Positions 11,142 to 21,843 are shown, counted from the first letter of the stretch. The stretch: 64,000 nucleotides of DNA from Escherichia coli (GCF_009931435.1 NZ_CP043414.1), one strand, 5' to 3'. Program-made: numbers and translations. Notes: generated by a model not told the origin, from the letters alone.

Positions 11142-11609
11142 ATGTCTGCCGTACTGACCGCTGAACAAGCCCTGAAATTAGTGGGTGAGATGTTTGTTTA
11201 TCACATGCCATTTAACCGCGCATTGGGGATGGAACTGGAGCGTTACGAAAAAGAGTTCGCACAGCTGGCCTTTAAAAATCAGCCAATGATGGTGGGTAAC
11301 TGGGCGCAAAGCATTTTGCACGGCGGGGTCATTGCGTCGGCGCTGGATGTCGCCGCCGGTCTGGTGTGCGTGGGAAGTACCTTAACCCGCCACGAAACCA
11401 TCAGTGAAGATGAACTACGCCAGCGGCTATCGCGAATGGGGACCATTGATCTTCGCGTCGATTATCTGCGCCCAGGCAGGGGTGAGCGTTTTACTGCTAC
11501 CAGTAGTCTGTTGCGTGCGGGCAATAAAGTCGCCGTCGCCCGCGTTGAATTACACAATGAAGAACAGCTTTATATAGCCAGTGCCACCGCCACCTATATG
11601 GTAGGTTGA
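11142..11609 (+). CDS. yigI: PaaI/YigI-family acyl-CoA thioesterase
   Basis: Start trimmed to ATG at 11142 ([18 protein letters not shown]), which has an aaggatga SD upstream; hot-dog fold-like sequence. Confidence 0.85.
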   Translation: MSAVLTAEQALKLVGEMFVYHMPFNRALGMELERYEKEFAQLAFKNQPMMVGNWAQSILHGGVIASALDVAAGLVCVGSTLTRHETISEDELRQRLSRMGTIDLRVDYLRPGRGERFTATSSLLRAGNKVAVARVELHNEEQLYIASATATYMVG

Positions 11610-11660
11610 TAACGTAAAAGCAGGTAAACTGCTTTTACCCATAAAAAATGAGTTTTGCCA

Positions 11661-12551
11661 ATGGACACCAAACAAACGCGGCAGGGCGTATTACTCGCTC
11701 TTGCCGCTTATTTTATTTGGGGTATTGCGCCAGCGTACTTCAAGCTGATTTACTACGTGCCCGCCGATGAGATCCTGACGCATCGCGTGATCTGGTCGTT
11801 TTTCTTTATGGTGGTGCTGATGAGCATTTGCCGCCAGTGGTCCTATTTAAAAACGCTGATTCAGACACCAAAGAAAATCTTCATGCTGGCCGTCTCTGCC
11901 GTGCTGATTGGTGGCAACTGGCTACTGTTTATCTGGGCGGTGAACAATCACCATATGCTGGAAGCGAGCCTTGGTTACTTTATTAACCCGCTGGTGAACA
12001 TTGTGCTGGGGATGATTTTCCTCGGCGAGCGATTCCGCCGGATGCAATGGCTGGCGGTGATTCTGGCGATATGTGGTGTATTGGTCCAGCTCTGGACTTT
12101 TGGTTCGCTGCCAATCATCGCGCTGGGGCTGGCGTTTAGTTTTGCCTTCTACGGCCTGGTACGCAAGAAAATTGCCGTTGAAGCGCAAACCGGCATGTTA
12201 ATCGAAACCATGTGGCTGCTGCCCGTGGCGGCGATTTACCTGTTTGCTATTGCCGACAGCTCAACCAGCCATATGGGGCAAAACCCGATGTCGCTGAATT
12301 TACTGCTGATCGCCGCCGGTATTGTCACCACCGTGCCACTGTTATGTTTTACCGCAGCAGCTACACGCTTACGACTCTCAACATTAGGCTTTTTCCAGTA
12401 CATTGGGCCGACGCTAATGTTCCTGTTGGCAGTGACGTTTTATGGTGAAAAACCGGGAGCCGATAAGATGGTGACTTTCGCCTTTATTTGGGTAGCGCTG
12501 GCAATTTTTGTGATGGATGCGATTTATACGCAGCGTAGAACGTCCAAATAA
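11661..12551 (+). CDS. rarD: EamA/DMT-family transporter RarD
   Basis: Start trimmed to ATG at 11661 (MDTKQTRQGVLLALAAYFIWG); about 10 predicted TM segments. Confidence 0.9.
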   Translation: MDTKQTRQGVLLALAAYFIWGIAPAYFKLIYYVPADEILTHRVIWSFFFMVVLMSICRQWSYLKTLIQTPKKIFMLAVSAVLIGGNWLLFIWAVNNHHMLEASLGYFINPLVNIVLGMIFLGERFRRMQWLAVILAICGVLVQLWTFGSLPIIALGLAFSFAFYGLVRKKIAVEAQTGMLIETMWLLPVAAIYLFAIADSSTSHMGQNPMSLNLLLIAAGIVTTVPLLCFTAAATRLRLSTLGFFQYIGPTLMFLLAVTFYGEKPGADKMVTFAFIWVALAIFVMDAIYTQRRTSK

Positions 12552-12854
12552 ATATATTCTGAAAAAATATGCCTGCTCTTGCATGAGAGTGGGCATATTG
12601 TCATGCTGACAGGATACTCACATAAGGAAAGGCAGAATTTCCAGACGTCGTTGTATATTTTCATTTGCTTTAATAAATTCCATTTTTGGTAAATTCAGCA
12701 TTATGTTATTAGCGATGAGCAAGACCAATCATTAACCAAGTTCTCTTCAGAATGTAATGAAAAATGTGAAGTGCATTTCTTTTTTAAAAATTTTTTACCC
12801 TATTATTTCTTATCAAATTAACATTGCCCTTAATTATAAGAAAGGAGAATATAA

Positions 12855-13703
12855 ATGAACAACATATTAGGCTCATCAATTAATATGCCCTGTACACTTT
12901 TCGAAACTATTACTTTATTCGATGATTTCTCTGCTGATGATATGCAGTATGGGGATATGGAAGAACAAGATTTTCTCTCACTCGGCTTAAGCGACATCTC
13001 TGCAAAAGTTGATCCTTACCGCCTCATTAAATACCATTTTCCTGGGCCGAATTCTACTTATGGTGCTTTTAGTATTCCAACTTCTGGAACAAAAATATCA
13101 CAAAGTGAATGTATTGATATTTTATTTGCAGAAATGAAAGATCTGGCAAAAATGTTTTCCTTTTTTGGACAATACAAAACACTCATCCAGGATCTGATTG
13201 ATCATTTTAGATATGGAAATGGCAACAGTTTCCATAGCCAGGAATTGAACTTATCTTTTCATGAACGAATAAACAAATATGATTATAATAGCCCAATACG
13301 TGTAATCAAAGAATGTATCGAAAATGATATTTCTTCAACACCTACGATAGGATACCGGCCTCTTCTCCTACAAAAGATTAAGACCGAATTACTTTCATCA
13401 AGACTAAATAAATTCAATGATTTTAAAGATAATTTTAATGGCCTGGGAATCAGCATTCATGATATCTCAGCTCAAAAAATATCTCTTTTAAATTTTCAAA
13501 AATATCCTATGGGCTGGAGCGCTACCATTCATTTCATAGCACAAGACCACTTTGGTTTGGATGTGACTGATATAAAAAACAAGATTTACAACAAGTATAG
13601 ATTTTTTCGCATATGGTTCTTTTTACAACGGCATAAAGACTTTGCTTTCAAACCTTTTTTTACCAATTTTAACACTATCGAAAGAATCGAAAATTATCTA
13701 TGA
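12855..13703 (+). CDS. hypothetical protein (282 aa), accessory; no family recognised
   Basis: Strong SD aaggag 7 nt upstream of ATG; no signal peptide; acidic N-terminal region; AT-rich codon usage (about 35-38 % GC in sampled 60-mers versus about 50 % in flanking core genes); stop overlaps the next gene's ATG (ATGA). Confidence 0.65.
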   Translation: MNNILGSSINMPCTLFETITLFDDFSADDMQYGDMEEQDFLSLGLSDISAKVDPYRLIKYHFPGPNSTYGAFSIPTSGTKISQSECIDILFAEMKDLAKMFSFFGQYKTLIQDLIDHFRYGNGNSFHSQELNLSFHERINKYDYNSPIRVIKECIENDISSTPTIGYRPLLLQKIKTELLSSRLNKFNDFKDNFNGLGISIHDISAQKISLLNFQKYPMGWSATIHFIAQDHFGLDVTDIKNKIYNKYRFFRIWFFLQRHKDFAFKPFFTNFNTIERIENYL

Positions 13704-14197
13704 AAAGCAAACTCCAGAAAATTATATTATATTTATTTCTTCTATGCTGCATCTATAATTTATGGACATTGCGTCCTGTACAGATTTTGTATACATACTC
13801 TGATGCTGGCAATTCAGTCTTTCTGGTCGTTGATCATCTGCCATGGACTGATAGCGATAAAATAAATTGGTATCTGAAGCATCAGGATGAAATTAAAAGT
13901 CAAAATCCCCTACCAGAAGGTAGTTGGCATACCTGGTATGTTATTGATATCGGTAATGGCTTCACTGACTATAAAAAATATATCGAAGGGCCGTATGAAG
14001 ATCTCTACTGTTTCCCGACGATTAAGAGCAATGATAATTGCATCGTAAAAAACTATTTAATGGTTATTAATGAATATCCTTACCGTAATACTCATTTTTT
14101 TATTGCTGATAACAATGAGTATCAACTAACCCAGGAAAATAAGATAGAGCGAGTGTTCAACCCGCATGACTTTGAAAAAGACAATTTTCAGCAATAA
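13700..14197 (+). CDS. hypothetical membrane-anchored protein (165 aa), accessory
   Basis: ATG overlaps upstream stop (translational coupling). N-terminus MKSKLQKIILYLFLLCCIYNLWTL is a basic N-region plus one hydrophobic helix (signal peptide or signal anchor); the rest is a Trp/Tyr-rich soluble domain; AT-rich. Confidence 0.6.
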   Translation: MKSKLQKIILYLFLLCCIYNLWTLRPVQILYTYSDAGNSVFLVVDHLPWTDSDKINWYLKHQDEIKSQNPLPEGSWHTWYVIDIGNGFTDYKKYIEGPYEDLYCFPTIKSNDNCIVKNYLMVINEYPYRNTHFFIADNNEYQLTQENKIERVFNPHDFEKDNFQQ

Positions 14198-14232
14198 GCC
14201 GGATAAAGAACAATCTTTACCCGGCATTTATA

Positions 14233-15183
14233 TTACAACCAGTTCTTCCGCTTAAAGTACAGATACGGTGCCAGGCCCGCGAGGATCATAAAGATAATCG
14301 CGCCTGGGTAGCCGAAGCTCCACTTCAGTTCCGGCATAAACTCAAAGTTCATCCCGTAGCTGGAAGCGACCAGCGTCGGTGGCAGGAACACCACGGATAC
14401 CACCGAGAAGATTTTGATGATGCGGTTCTGCTCGATATTGATAAAGCCCATCGCCGCCTGCATCAGGAAGTTCACCTTCTGGAACAGGGATTCGTTATGC
14501 GGCAGCAGGGATTCGATATCTCGCAGGATTTCACGCGCCTGTTCCAGTTGTCCACCCGGTAAACGCGCTTTACGCACCAGGAAATTGAGCGCACGCTGGG
14601 TATCCATAAGACACAGGCGAACTTTCCAGCCGATATCTTCCAGCTCCGCCAGTGTGGAGAGTGCTTCGTCGTACTCATCGCCCTGATGCCCTTCCATAAT
14701 TACCCGGCTCAACTGCTCCAGGTCGCTGTAGATATTTTCAATTTCATCTGCCAACTGTTCGATTTTGGTTTCGAACAGATCCAGCAGCAGCTCGTAGGCG
14801 TTACCGTCCACCATTGACTGGCTACGGGCACGCATACGATACAGACGAAAAGCGGGTAGCTCGCGCTCACGCAGGGTAAACAGGCGACCGTCGCGGATGG
14901 TAAATGCCACAGTGGAGTTACCGGCGTGATCTTCCGCATCTTCAAAGAAGAAGAAGGAGTGAATATGCAGGCCGTCATCGTCTTCAAAGAAACGCGCCGA
15001 TGCTTCGATGTCTTCCAGTTCTGGGCGTGTTGCCAGGCTCTGCCCAAGTTCAGATTGTACGCGCAGTCGCTCGTCGTCATCCGGTTCGACAAGATCAATC
15101 CATACTGCATTTACAAGGGGTTGTGACTCTTCGACTTCCAGCCGGGTCAGTCGGTTATTTTCCAGTTGAAATGCGCTCAGCAT
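14233..15183 (-). CDS. corA: Mg2+/Co2+ transport protein CorA
   Basis: Start trimmed to ATG at 15183 ([19 protein letters not shown]); C-terminal TM helices with YGMNF signature motif. Confidence 0.95.
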   Translation of the reverse strand: MLSAFQLENNRLTRLEVEESQPLVNAVWIDLVEPDDDERLRVQSELGQSLATRPELEDIEASARFFEDDDGLHIHSFFFFEDAEDHAGNSTVAFTIRDGRLFTLRERELPAFRLYRMRARSQSMVDGNAYELLLDLFETKIEQLADEIENIYSDLEQLSRVIMEGHQGDEYDEALSTLAELEDIGWKVRLCLMDTQRALNFLVRKARLPGGQLEQAREILRDIESLLPHNESLFQKVNFLMQAAMGFINIEQNRIIKIFSVVSVVFLPPTLVASSYGMNFEFMPELKWSFGYPGAIIFMILAGLAPYLYFKRKNWL

Positions 15184-15552
15184 GACCGGGACTCCCAATG
15201 CTTAAAATATCGGACAGTTCGGTGGGCACACAGAAACAAATTGGGTTTCAGACCATTAAACAGCCTGACTCAGCGCGACGGGAAAAATTGAGGTCGCTGA
15301 CAACCGCTAAGGCTATCAGCAAAAAGGGATAGCCTTAGGAGTTGATCCTGGATGACAGGATAATGAGCCAGTATCTACTGGGTGTGTCCAAGGCGAATGT
15401 CCTCTTAGAGTGATCGTGCGCGCATGTTACGCCAGCAAAATTTTGCCGTCAACACGCAACAGAACACCACAGAACAATAGTTGAACTTCGCGCTTTTTGG
15501 TACTCGTCAAGGTCGCTAACAGGATAAAAAAATCCCACATCCAGGACCTATA

Positions 15553-16317
15553 ATGGCGCATCGGCTACTCATTGGTAAAGGAATGATCACCTTGAATCTC
15601 AAACGGATTTTTCTCGCCCTCACCTTACTTCCCTTGTTTGCTGTTGCCGCTGATGATTGCGCATTATCAGATCCGACACTGACCGTACAGGCGTATACCG
15701 TTAATCCTCAAACAGAGCGGGTGAAAATGTACTGGCAAAAAGCCAATGGCGAAGCGTGGGAAACGTTACATGCGCTGCTGACGGATATTAATAGTCAGGG
15801 TCAGGTGCAAATGGCGATGAACGGCAGCATATATGATGAAAGCTATGCGCCGCTCGGTTTGTACATCGAAAACGGTCAGCAGAAGGTGGCGTTAAATCTC
15901 GCTTCAGGTGAAGGGAATTTCTTTATCCGTCCTGGCGGTGTGTTTTATGTCGCGGGAGATAAAGTCGGCATCGTTCGTCTGGATGCCTTTAAAACCAGTA
16001 AAGAGATTCAGTTCGCGGTGCAGTCAGGGCCAATGTTGATGGAAAACGGCGTCATTAATCCGCGTATTCATCCCAACGTCGCCTCACGCAAAATTCGTAA
16101 CGGTGTTGGGATTAATAAACAAGGGAACGCCGTGTTTTTGTTGAGCCAGCAGGTGACAAATTTTTATGATTTTGCCTGTTATGCCAAAACGAAACTGAAC
16201 GTTGAGCAACTGCTTTATCTTGATGGCACGATTTCACATATGTATGTGAAAGGCGGGGCAATCCCGTGGCAACGCTATCCTTTTGTTACCATGATTTCCG
16301 TCGAGCAGAAAAGTTAA
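15553..16317 (+). CDS. yigE: secreted hypothetical protein (K-12 YigE-like; DUF2233 from memory)
   Basis: 254 aa with N-terminal signal peptide (LALTLLPLFAVAA); conserved position between corA and uvrD. Confidence 0.85.
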   Translation: MAHRLLIGKGMITLNLKRIFLALTLLPLFAVAADDCALSDPTLTVQAYTVNPQTERVKMYWQKANGEAWETLHALLTDINSQGQVQMAMNGSIYDESYAPLGLYIENGQQKVALNLASGEGNFFIRPGGVFYVAGDKVGIVRLDAFKTSKEIQFAVQSGPMLMENGVINPRIHPNVASRKIRNGVGINKQGNAVFLLSQQVTNFYDFACYAKTKLNVEQLLYLDGTISHMYVKGGAIPWQRYPFVTMISVEQKS

Positions 16318-16351
16318 AACAACCGTTTTGTGTCACTGAATATGGTGCAGA

Positions 16352-16456
16352 TGCCGGATGCGGCGCAAACGCCTTACCCGGCCTACATGACATTGCAATT
16401 TATTGAATCTACATGATTTTGTAGGCCGGATAAGGTGCGCAGCACCGCATCCGGCA
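16352..16456. repeat. BIME (two inverted REP units)
   Basis: gatgccggatgcggcgcaaacgccttacccggcctaca and its inverted partner tgtaggccggataaggtgcgcagcaccgcatccggc between the convergent yigE and uvrD genes. Confidence 0.6.
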
Positions 16457-16459
16457 ACG

Positions 16460-18622
16460 TTATACCGTCTCCAGCCGGGCGTAAGCCGCCACCAGCCATT
16501 TAATACCCTGGCCCTGAAATGCCACCTGCAAACGACTATGTTCGCCGCTGCCTTCCATATTGACGATGGTGCCTTCACCAAACTTGGCGTGGCGTACGCG
16601 CTGGCCGAGCTTGTAGCCGCTGTCGTTCTCGACCATCGGCGTACCCATCCGTTGATGGCTGACCGGGCGGCTTACCGTAGCGCGTAAACGCACCTCTTCC
16701 ACACACTCTTCCGGCAACTCGCCAATAAAACGCGACGGGCGATGGTAAACCTCTTTGCCATACAGACGCCGGGTTTCCGCGTAGGTCAGCGTCAGTTTCT
16801 GCATCGCGCGGGTTACGCCAACGTAGGCCAGACGGCGTTCTTCTTCCAGACGCCCGCCTTCATCCAGCGACATCTGGCTTGGGAACATCCCCTCTTCCAT
16901 ACCGACAATAAACACCTGCGGGAACTCCAGACCTTTCGCCGAGTGCAGCGTCATCAACTGCACCGCGTCCTGCCAGGTGTCCGCCTGTCCTTCACCCGCT
17001 TCCAGCGCGGCATGAGACAGAAACGCCTGTAACGGCATTAAATCTTCGTCTTCTTCGTTGTACGCAAACTGGCGCGTCGCCGTCACCAGTTCGTCTAAGT
17101 TTTCGATTCGCGTCTGGCCTTTTTCGCCCTTCTCTTGCTCGTACATGGTGCGCAGGCCGGAGTCTTTAATTACCCGATCAGTCTGTACATGCAGCGGCAT
17201 ATCGGCAGTTTCTTGCGCTAAGGCGTCGATCAGTTCCATAAACCGTTGCAAAGCGCTGGCAGCACGCCCGGCGAGCGCTTTTTCCTGCAATAATTCGCGG
17301 CACGCCTGCCAGAGTGTTAACTGGCGATCGCGCGATGTCTGACGTACCACGTCCAGCGTCCGGTCACCAATACCCCGCGTTGGCGTATTCACCACGCGCT
17401 CAAAGGCCGCGTCGTCGTTACGGTTGGCAATCAGGCGCAGATACGAGAGCGCATCTTTGATTTCCTGGCGTTCGAAGAAGCGCATCCCGCCATAAATACG
17501 GTACGGCATACTGGCTTGTAATAACGCCTCTTCCAGTACACGCGACTGGGCATTGCTACGATAGAGAATGGCGCACTCGGCGAGCGCCCCGCCGTTGTCC
17601 TGCCAGGTCTTGATGCGGTTAACCACAAAACGCGCTTCGTCGAGTTCGTTAAAAGCGCAATAGAGGGAAATCGGCTCACCGTCCGCGCCATCGGTCCACA
17701 ACTTTTTACCCAAACGCCCGTTGTTGTTTTCAATCAGGGCGTTCGCGGCGCTCAGGATATTGCTGGTAGAGCGGTAGTTCTGCTCCAGACGGATAGTTTC
17801 GGCACCGGGAAAATCATTGAGGAAACGCTGAATGTTCTCGACCTGCGCCCCGCGCCAGCCGTAGATTGACTGGTCGTCATCGCCAACGATCATCACTTTG
17901 CCAGTATCGCCTGCCAGCAGTCGTATCCACGCGTACTGAATGTTGTTGGTATCCTGGAATTCGTCCACCAGGATATTGGTAAAACGTTCGCGGTAGTGTT
18001 GCAGAATATGCGGCTTGTTAAGCCACAACTCGTGAGCGCGCAGCAGCAGCTCGGCGAAGTCCACCAGGCCCGCGCGGTCACACGCTTCCTGATACGCCTG
18101 ATACACCTTCTGCCAGGTCTGCTCCACCGGGTTACCGTAGCTTTGAATATGATGCGGACGCAGCCCTTCATCTTTCTGGCTGTTGATGTACCACATTGCC
18201 TGGCGCGGTGGCCACTGCTTCTCGTCGAGGTTCATAGCTTTGATCAGACGCTTAAGCAGGCGCAGCTGGTCTTCGCTGTCGAGGATCTGGAAATCCTGCG
18301 GCAGGTTGGCGTCCATATGGTGCGCACGCAGCAGACGGTGTGCCAGCCCGTGGAAAGTGCCGACCCACATACCGCCCTGGCTGGTGCCCATCAGTTGCCC
18401 GATACGATGACGCATTTCCGCCGCCGCTTTGTTGGTAAACGTCACCGCCATAATCGAGTACGGCGAGCAGTTTTCCACACTCATCAGCCAGGCGATACGA
18501 TGCACCAGTACGCGCGTCTTACCACTGCCCGCGCCCGCCAGCACCAGAAGGTTGCTGCGTGGCGCGGCCACCGCTTCGCGCTGTTTGTCATTAAGGCTGT
18601 CGAGCAGGTAAGAAACGTCCAT
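16460..18622 (-). CDS. uvrD: DNA helicase II (UvrD)
   Basis: Start trimmed to the ATG giving MDVSYLLDSLNDKQREAVAAP (720 aa); the longer 782 aa ORF starts from a TTG inside yigB. Walker A AGAGSGKT, UvrD/Rep helicase motifs. Start coordinate has +/-1 uncertainty from hand indexing. Confidence 0.95.
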   Translation of the reverse strand: MDVSYLLDSLNDKQREAVAAPRSNLLVLAGAGSGKTRVLVHRIAWLMSVENCSPYSIMAVTFTNKAAAEMRHRIGQLMGTSQGGMWVGTFHGLAHRLLRAHHMDANLPQDFQILDSEDQLRLLKRLIKAMNLDEKQWPPRQAMWYINSQKDEGLRPHHIQSYGNPVEQTWQKVYQAYQEACDRAGLVDFAELLLRAHELWLNKPHILQHYRERFTNILVDEFQDTNNIQYAWIRLLAGDTGKVMIVGDDDQSIYGWRGAQVENIQRFLNDFPGAETIRLEQNYRSTSNILSAANALIENNNGRLGKKLWTDGADGEPISLYCAFNELDEARFVVNRIKTWQDNGGALAECAILYRSNAQSRVLEEALLQASMPYRIYGGMRFFERQEIKDALSYLRLIANRNDDAAFERVVNTPTRGIGDRTLDVVRQTSRDRQLTLWQACRELLQEKALAGRAASALQRFMELIDALAQETADMPLHVQTDRVIKDSGLRTMYEQEKGEKGQTRIENLDELVTATRQFAYNEEDEDLMPLQAFLSHAALEAGEGQADTWQDAVQLMTLHSAKGLEFPQVFIVGMEEGMFPSQMSLDEGGRLEEERRLAYVGVTRAMQKLTLTYAETRRLYGKEVYHRPSRFIGELPEECVEEVRLRATVSRPVSHQRMGTPMVENDSGYKLGQRVRHAKFGEGTIVNMEGSGEHSRLQVAFQGQGIKWLVAAYARLETV

Positions 18623-18680
18623 TGGCACCGCCGCGTAAAAATAGGTTGGGCGGAGAAGCGCAACGCCCTCCGCCAAAAAG

Positions 18681-18696
18681 CTGGGTATATATACAG
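18681..18696 (-). promoter_or_regulatory. LexA (SOS) box of the uvrD promoter
   Basis: Minus strand reads CTGTATATATACCCAG, a CTGT-N8-ACAG-type SOS box, about 60 bp upstream of the uvrD start and inside the yigB 3' coding end. Confidence 0.5.
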
Positions 18697-18705
18697 ATTT
18701 GCTGA

Positions 18706-19422
18706 TTATATCAGCGAGGTCAGAGATGCCAACCGGGAAATTTCCAGATGCGGCAGTAAACGGCTGTCCCAGGTTTGCATCAGATCGCCATTTTCCGGTC
18801 TGATCCAACAGGCCTGCATTCCGCTGCGAATTGCCCCACCCACGTCAGTGGTGAGATCGTCCCCGACATGTAAGATCTCGCCGATCGGCACGTTGAGTTT
18901 TTCCGCCGCCAGGAAGTACATATCGCTGAACGGTTTTGAGCGCCCGTGCGGGCCAGCGCGCAACACAAACTCAAAATAATCCCCCAAACCAAACAGCTCC
19001 GGCTGGGCGTTACCGTTGGTGATCGCCACCAGCGGCCATTTCTTCGCCAGCTGTTTTAAGGTGTCGTGCGTTTGCTGCGGAACGTCGATCCGGCTACGCC
19101 ATTTGGCAAAGTTGATCATTGCCGCGTGTGCGCCTGCACTGGCTTCTTCTGCGCTCAGCCCGGCGTCGAGCATCGCTTGTTCTATTGAGCGAAAACGCCA
19201 GCGCGTCACATCATGATAAATCTCGGGTTCCGCTTCCCGTACCGCCTGACGCAGACGTTGCAGATCTTCATTCTGGAAGCTGCGCAGCGCCGGATGGTAA
19301 TTTTGCACAAAGGTAAGCGCCTCCTGCTCAGTGCGCAAAATCACCGGACGGTTATCGTAAAGGGTATCATCCAGGTCAAAGGTGAGCGCCGAGATGCGCC
19401 CCAAAGGCCGGTAAAAACGCAT
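18706..19422 (-). CDS. yigB: HAD-family FMN/5-amino-6-(5-phospho-D-ribitylamino)uracil phosphatase
   Basis: 238 aa, HAD motif [12 protein letters not shown] near the N-terminus; stop verified at 18706. Confidence 0.9.
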   Translation of the reverse strand: MRFYRPLGRISALTFDLDDTLYDNRPVILRTEQEALTFVQNYHPALRSFQNEDLQRLRQAVREAEPEIYHDVTRWRFRSIEQAMLDAGLSAEEASAGAHAAMINFAKWRSRIDVPQQTHDTLKQLAKKWPLVAITNGNAQPELFGLGDYFEFVLRAGPHGRSKPFSDMYFLAAEKLNVPIGEILHVGDDLTTDVGGAIRSGMQACWIRPENGDLMQTWDSRLLPHLEISRLASLTSLI

Positions 19423-20318
19423 TATTTCCCCCGTTTGGCGCGTGGATGCGCCGCATCGTACACCGAGGCAAGGTGTTGAAAATCAAGATGAGTATAGATT
19501 TGCGTGGTAGAGAGATTGGCATGACCCAGCAGCTCCTGCACACCACGAAGATCACCGCTCGACTCCAGCATATGCGTAGCGAACGAGTGACGTAATTTAT
19601 GCGGGTGAACGTGATTATTCAGCCCTTGTTTTATGCCCCATTCGGCAAAGCGTTTCTGCACATTACGCGCGGAGATACGCTTGCCCAGTTTCGACAGAAA
19701 AAGCGCGTCGTCTTCGCTGCCAAACAGGTCGCGCAAATCAAGCCAGTGCTCAATCCACGCTACAGCGTTGCGACCAATCGGCAGGCGACGCTCTTTGCTG
19801 CCTTTCCCCATCACCCACACTTCACCGGACTCCAGGTCGAGGTGTTTGATATCGAGCCCCACCAGTTCGGAAAGACGCAGACCCGCGCCGTACATCACTT
19901 CCAGCATTGCCCGATCGCGCACGGCAAGGGGATCGTTGATATCAATATCCAGCAGCCGATTTATATCATCGACGTCGATATTTTTCGGCAGATGACGCGG
20001 CGCTTTCGGTGCCGAAACACCTTTCGCCGGGTTGGCTTTAAGTTCGTTCTGGCTGACCAACCAGTCAAAAAAGCTACGTAGCGCAGAGAGGCGTAATGCG
20101 AGGCTTGCCGCGCCCAGCCCTTTACGGCGACTGCGTACAGCGAAATTGCGCACCATCGCCGCATCACATTGCTGCCAGCTTTGCAGGCCGTTTTCGCTGG
20201 CAAAATTGATGATCGCCTCAAGTTGGCGCTGGTAGTTAAGCAGGGTTATCGGGCTAAGCTGACGCTCCACGCTCAGATAACGTAGGTAGCGTTCTACATC
20301 GGTGTGTAAATCGGTCAT
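19422..20318 (-). CDS. xerC: tyrosine site-specific recombinase XerC (chromosome dimer resolution)
   Basis: 298 aa; catalytic R..HxxR..Y residues near the C-terminus ([10 protein letters not shown] ... TQIYTHL); sits in the dapF-yigA-xerC-yigB operon with short gene overlaps. Confidence 0.95.
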   Translation of the reverse strand: MTDLHTDVERYLRYLSVERQLSPITLLNYQRQLEAIINFASENGLQSWQQCDAAMVRNFAVRSRRKGLGAASLALRLSALRSFFDWLVSQNELKANPAKGVSAPKAPRHLPKNIDVDDINRLLDIDINDPLAVRDRAMLEVMYGAGLRLSELVGLDIKHLDLESGEVWVMGKGSKERRLPIGRNAVAWIEHWLDLRDLFGSEDDALFLSKLGKRISARNVQKRFAEWGIKQGLNNHVHPHKLRHSFATHMLESSGDLRGVQELLGHANLSTTQIYTHLDFQHLASVYDAAHPRAKRGK

Positions 20319-21022
20319 ACGCGTTCAATCCAACGCTCCAGAAGCTCCGGCAACATCAGCGCAATTTCATGAAGTAACTCCGTTCCCTGCCCTTGTTGAT
20401 AGTGACTGGCATCGCGGCTGGTGAACAGCACGACACCCAAATCAGCATCGCTTCCCAGCATCGACATCGCCACCGATCCCACCGCTTTCGCTTCCGGTAG
20501 CACCACCAGCAGCTCCGGTCCGTTAAGCGGCCCAAGATAGTGCTGTTCCTGCCCCAGACGCTGAATACGCAGCGGTTCGAAAGACTGACGGCTTAATGCG
20601 AGATGAGTGTGGTTCGACGGCGCACCTAAGCGCCAGCGATCCGGAAACAGGCGCAGACTCGCACCTGCCAGACCGAGATCGCGCGCCCAGCGGTGAAAAC
20701 GCATCAGCATATCGTCGAGACTGCTGGCGGCGGTGAGACTACGCTGCAGGTAAAGTAAGCGATAGAACAAGCCTTCGTTGGCGATAGCCTGTTCCATCAA
20801 CAGCGCCATGTTCTCTTCCAGAACATGAATATGATGACGTGCGCGGGCCATGTGCCACTCGACCAACGAAACGGTGCCGCGTACCGGATGCGGCACACGT
20901 ATCGCTTCTACTGCGCGCGCATTGCGGATAAAAAACTCAGGATTTTTAATCAGATAATCGACAACCGCCCGGTCATCTAGCTCCGTGAGTGTTTCCTGTA
21001 GTTCTTCCCCTGGTTGCTTCAT
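20315..21022 (-). CDS. yigA: DUF484-family protein YigA
   Basis: 235 aa; 4-nt overlaps with dapF upstream and xerC downstream. Confidence 0.88.
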   Translation of the reverse strand: MKQPGEELQETLTELDDRAVVDYLIKNPEFFIRNARAVEAIRVPHPVRGTVSLVEWHMARARHHIHVLEENMALLMEQAIANEGLFYRLLYLQRSLTAASSLDDMLMRFHRWARDLGLAGASLRLFPDRWRLGAPSNHTHLALSRQSFEPLRIQRLGQEQHYLGPLNGPELLVVLPEAKAVGSVAMSMLGSDADLGVVLFTSRDASHYQQGQGTELLHEIALMLPELLERWIERV

Positions 21023-21843
21023 AGATGAATAAATCCGTCGTAGACATGTACCGCCGGCCCCGTCATATATAAGGGGTGACCCGGACCTTTCCAGGCGATA
21101 TCAAGACGACCGCCGGGGAGTTCCACGCGTACTTCTTCGGCCAGCAAACCTTGCTGAATCCCTACCGCCACCGCCGCACACGCGCCGCTGCCGCAGGCCT
21201 GGGTTTCTCCTGCCCCACGCTCATAAACGCGTAAACGAATATGCTCGCGCTTAACCACTTGCATAAAACCGATATTAGCGCGCTCCGGAAAACGTTCGTG
21301 GCTTTCCAGAACAGGACCAAGCGTTTCTACCGCTGCAGTATCGACATCATCAACCTGAATCACGCAGTGCGGATTTCCCATCGACACCACGCCGCATAAG
21401 ATTGTCTGCTCGGCGGCGCGCATAATATAGGTCTTTTCCGCTTTGTTAGCGCGAAATGGCACGGCAGAAGGTTCGAAGTTGGGTTCGCCCATATTGACGC
21501 GCACCAGATCGTCATCGGTGACGGTCAGAACCATCCGCCCGTTGGCAGTACTGACGCGGATATCGCGCTTATTGGTCAGCCCTTTCAGACGCACAAAACG
21601 GGCAAAGCAGCGTGCGCCGTTGCCGCACTGCGCCACTTCACTGCCATCAGCATTGAAAATGCGATAGTGAAAATCCAGTTCCGGATCATACGGTGGCTCA
21701 ACCACCAGCAGTTGGTCAAACCCTATCCCCAGGTGCCGATCCGCCAGGCGACGAATCAGTTCTGGTGAAAAAAAGACATTCTGCGTTACCGCGTCGACGA
21801 CCATAAAATCGTTGCCAAGGCCATGCATTTTCGAGAACTGCAT
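21019..21843 (-). CDS. dapF: diaminopimelate epimerase
   Basis: Start at the second ATG ([17 protein letters not shown]), 274 aa; active-site Cys motifs (GNGARC, CGSGACA). Confidence 0.95.
   Translation of the reverse strand: MQFSKMHGLGNDFMVVDAVTQNVFFSPELIRRLADRHLGIGFDQLLVVEPPYDPELDFHYRIFNADGSEVAQCGNGARCFARFVRLKGLTNKRDIRVSTANGRMVLTVTDDDLVRVNMGEPNFEPSAVPFRANKAEKTYIMRAAEQTILCGVVSMGNPHCVIQVDDVDTAAVETLGPVLESHERFPERANIGFMQVVKREHIRLRVYERGAGETQACGSGACAAVAVGIQQGLLAEEVRVELPGGRLDIAWKGPGHPLYMTGPAVHVYDGFIHL

Noticed and set aside
12566-12599. Inverted repeat aatatgcc...ggcatatt just after the rarD stop considered as a terminator or island boundary repeat
   Set aside because: The 8-bp stem has an 18-nt loop and no following T-run, and no matching repeat was seen at the other end of the island near 14200, so it is neither a convincing terminator nor an att-like direct repeat.
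16460-18808. Possible frameshift or extra base in uvrD near 18660 seen during manual codon indexing
   Set aside because: The supplied ORF track shows one continuous uvrD-containing ORF and the stop and downstream neighbours index correctly. The discrepancy is most likely my own off-by-one counting error, so no pseudogene call is made.
19422-20318. Tyrosine recombinase as evidence of a prophage or integrative element
   Set aside because: The protein is XerC in its conserved dapF-yigA-xerC-yigB operon (chromosome dimer resolution); no phage genes, att-like repeats or compositional break flank it.
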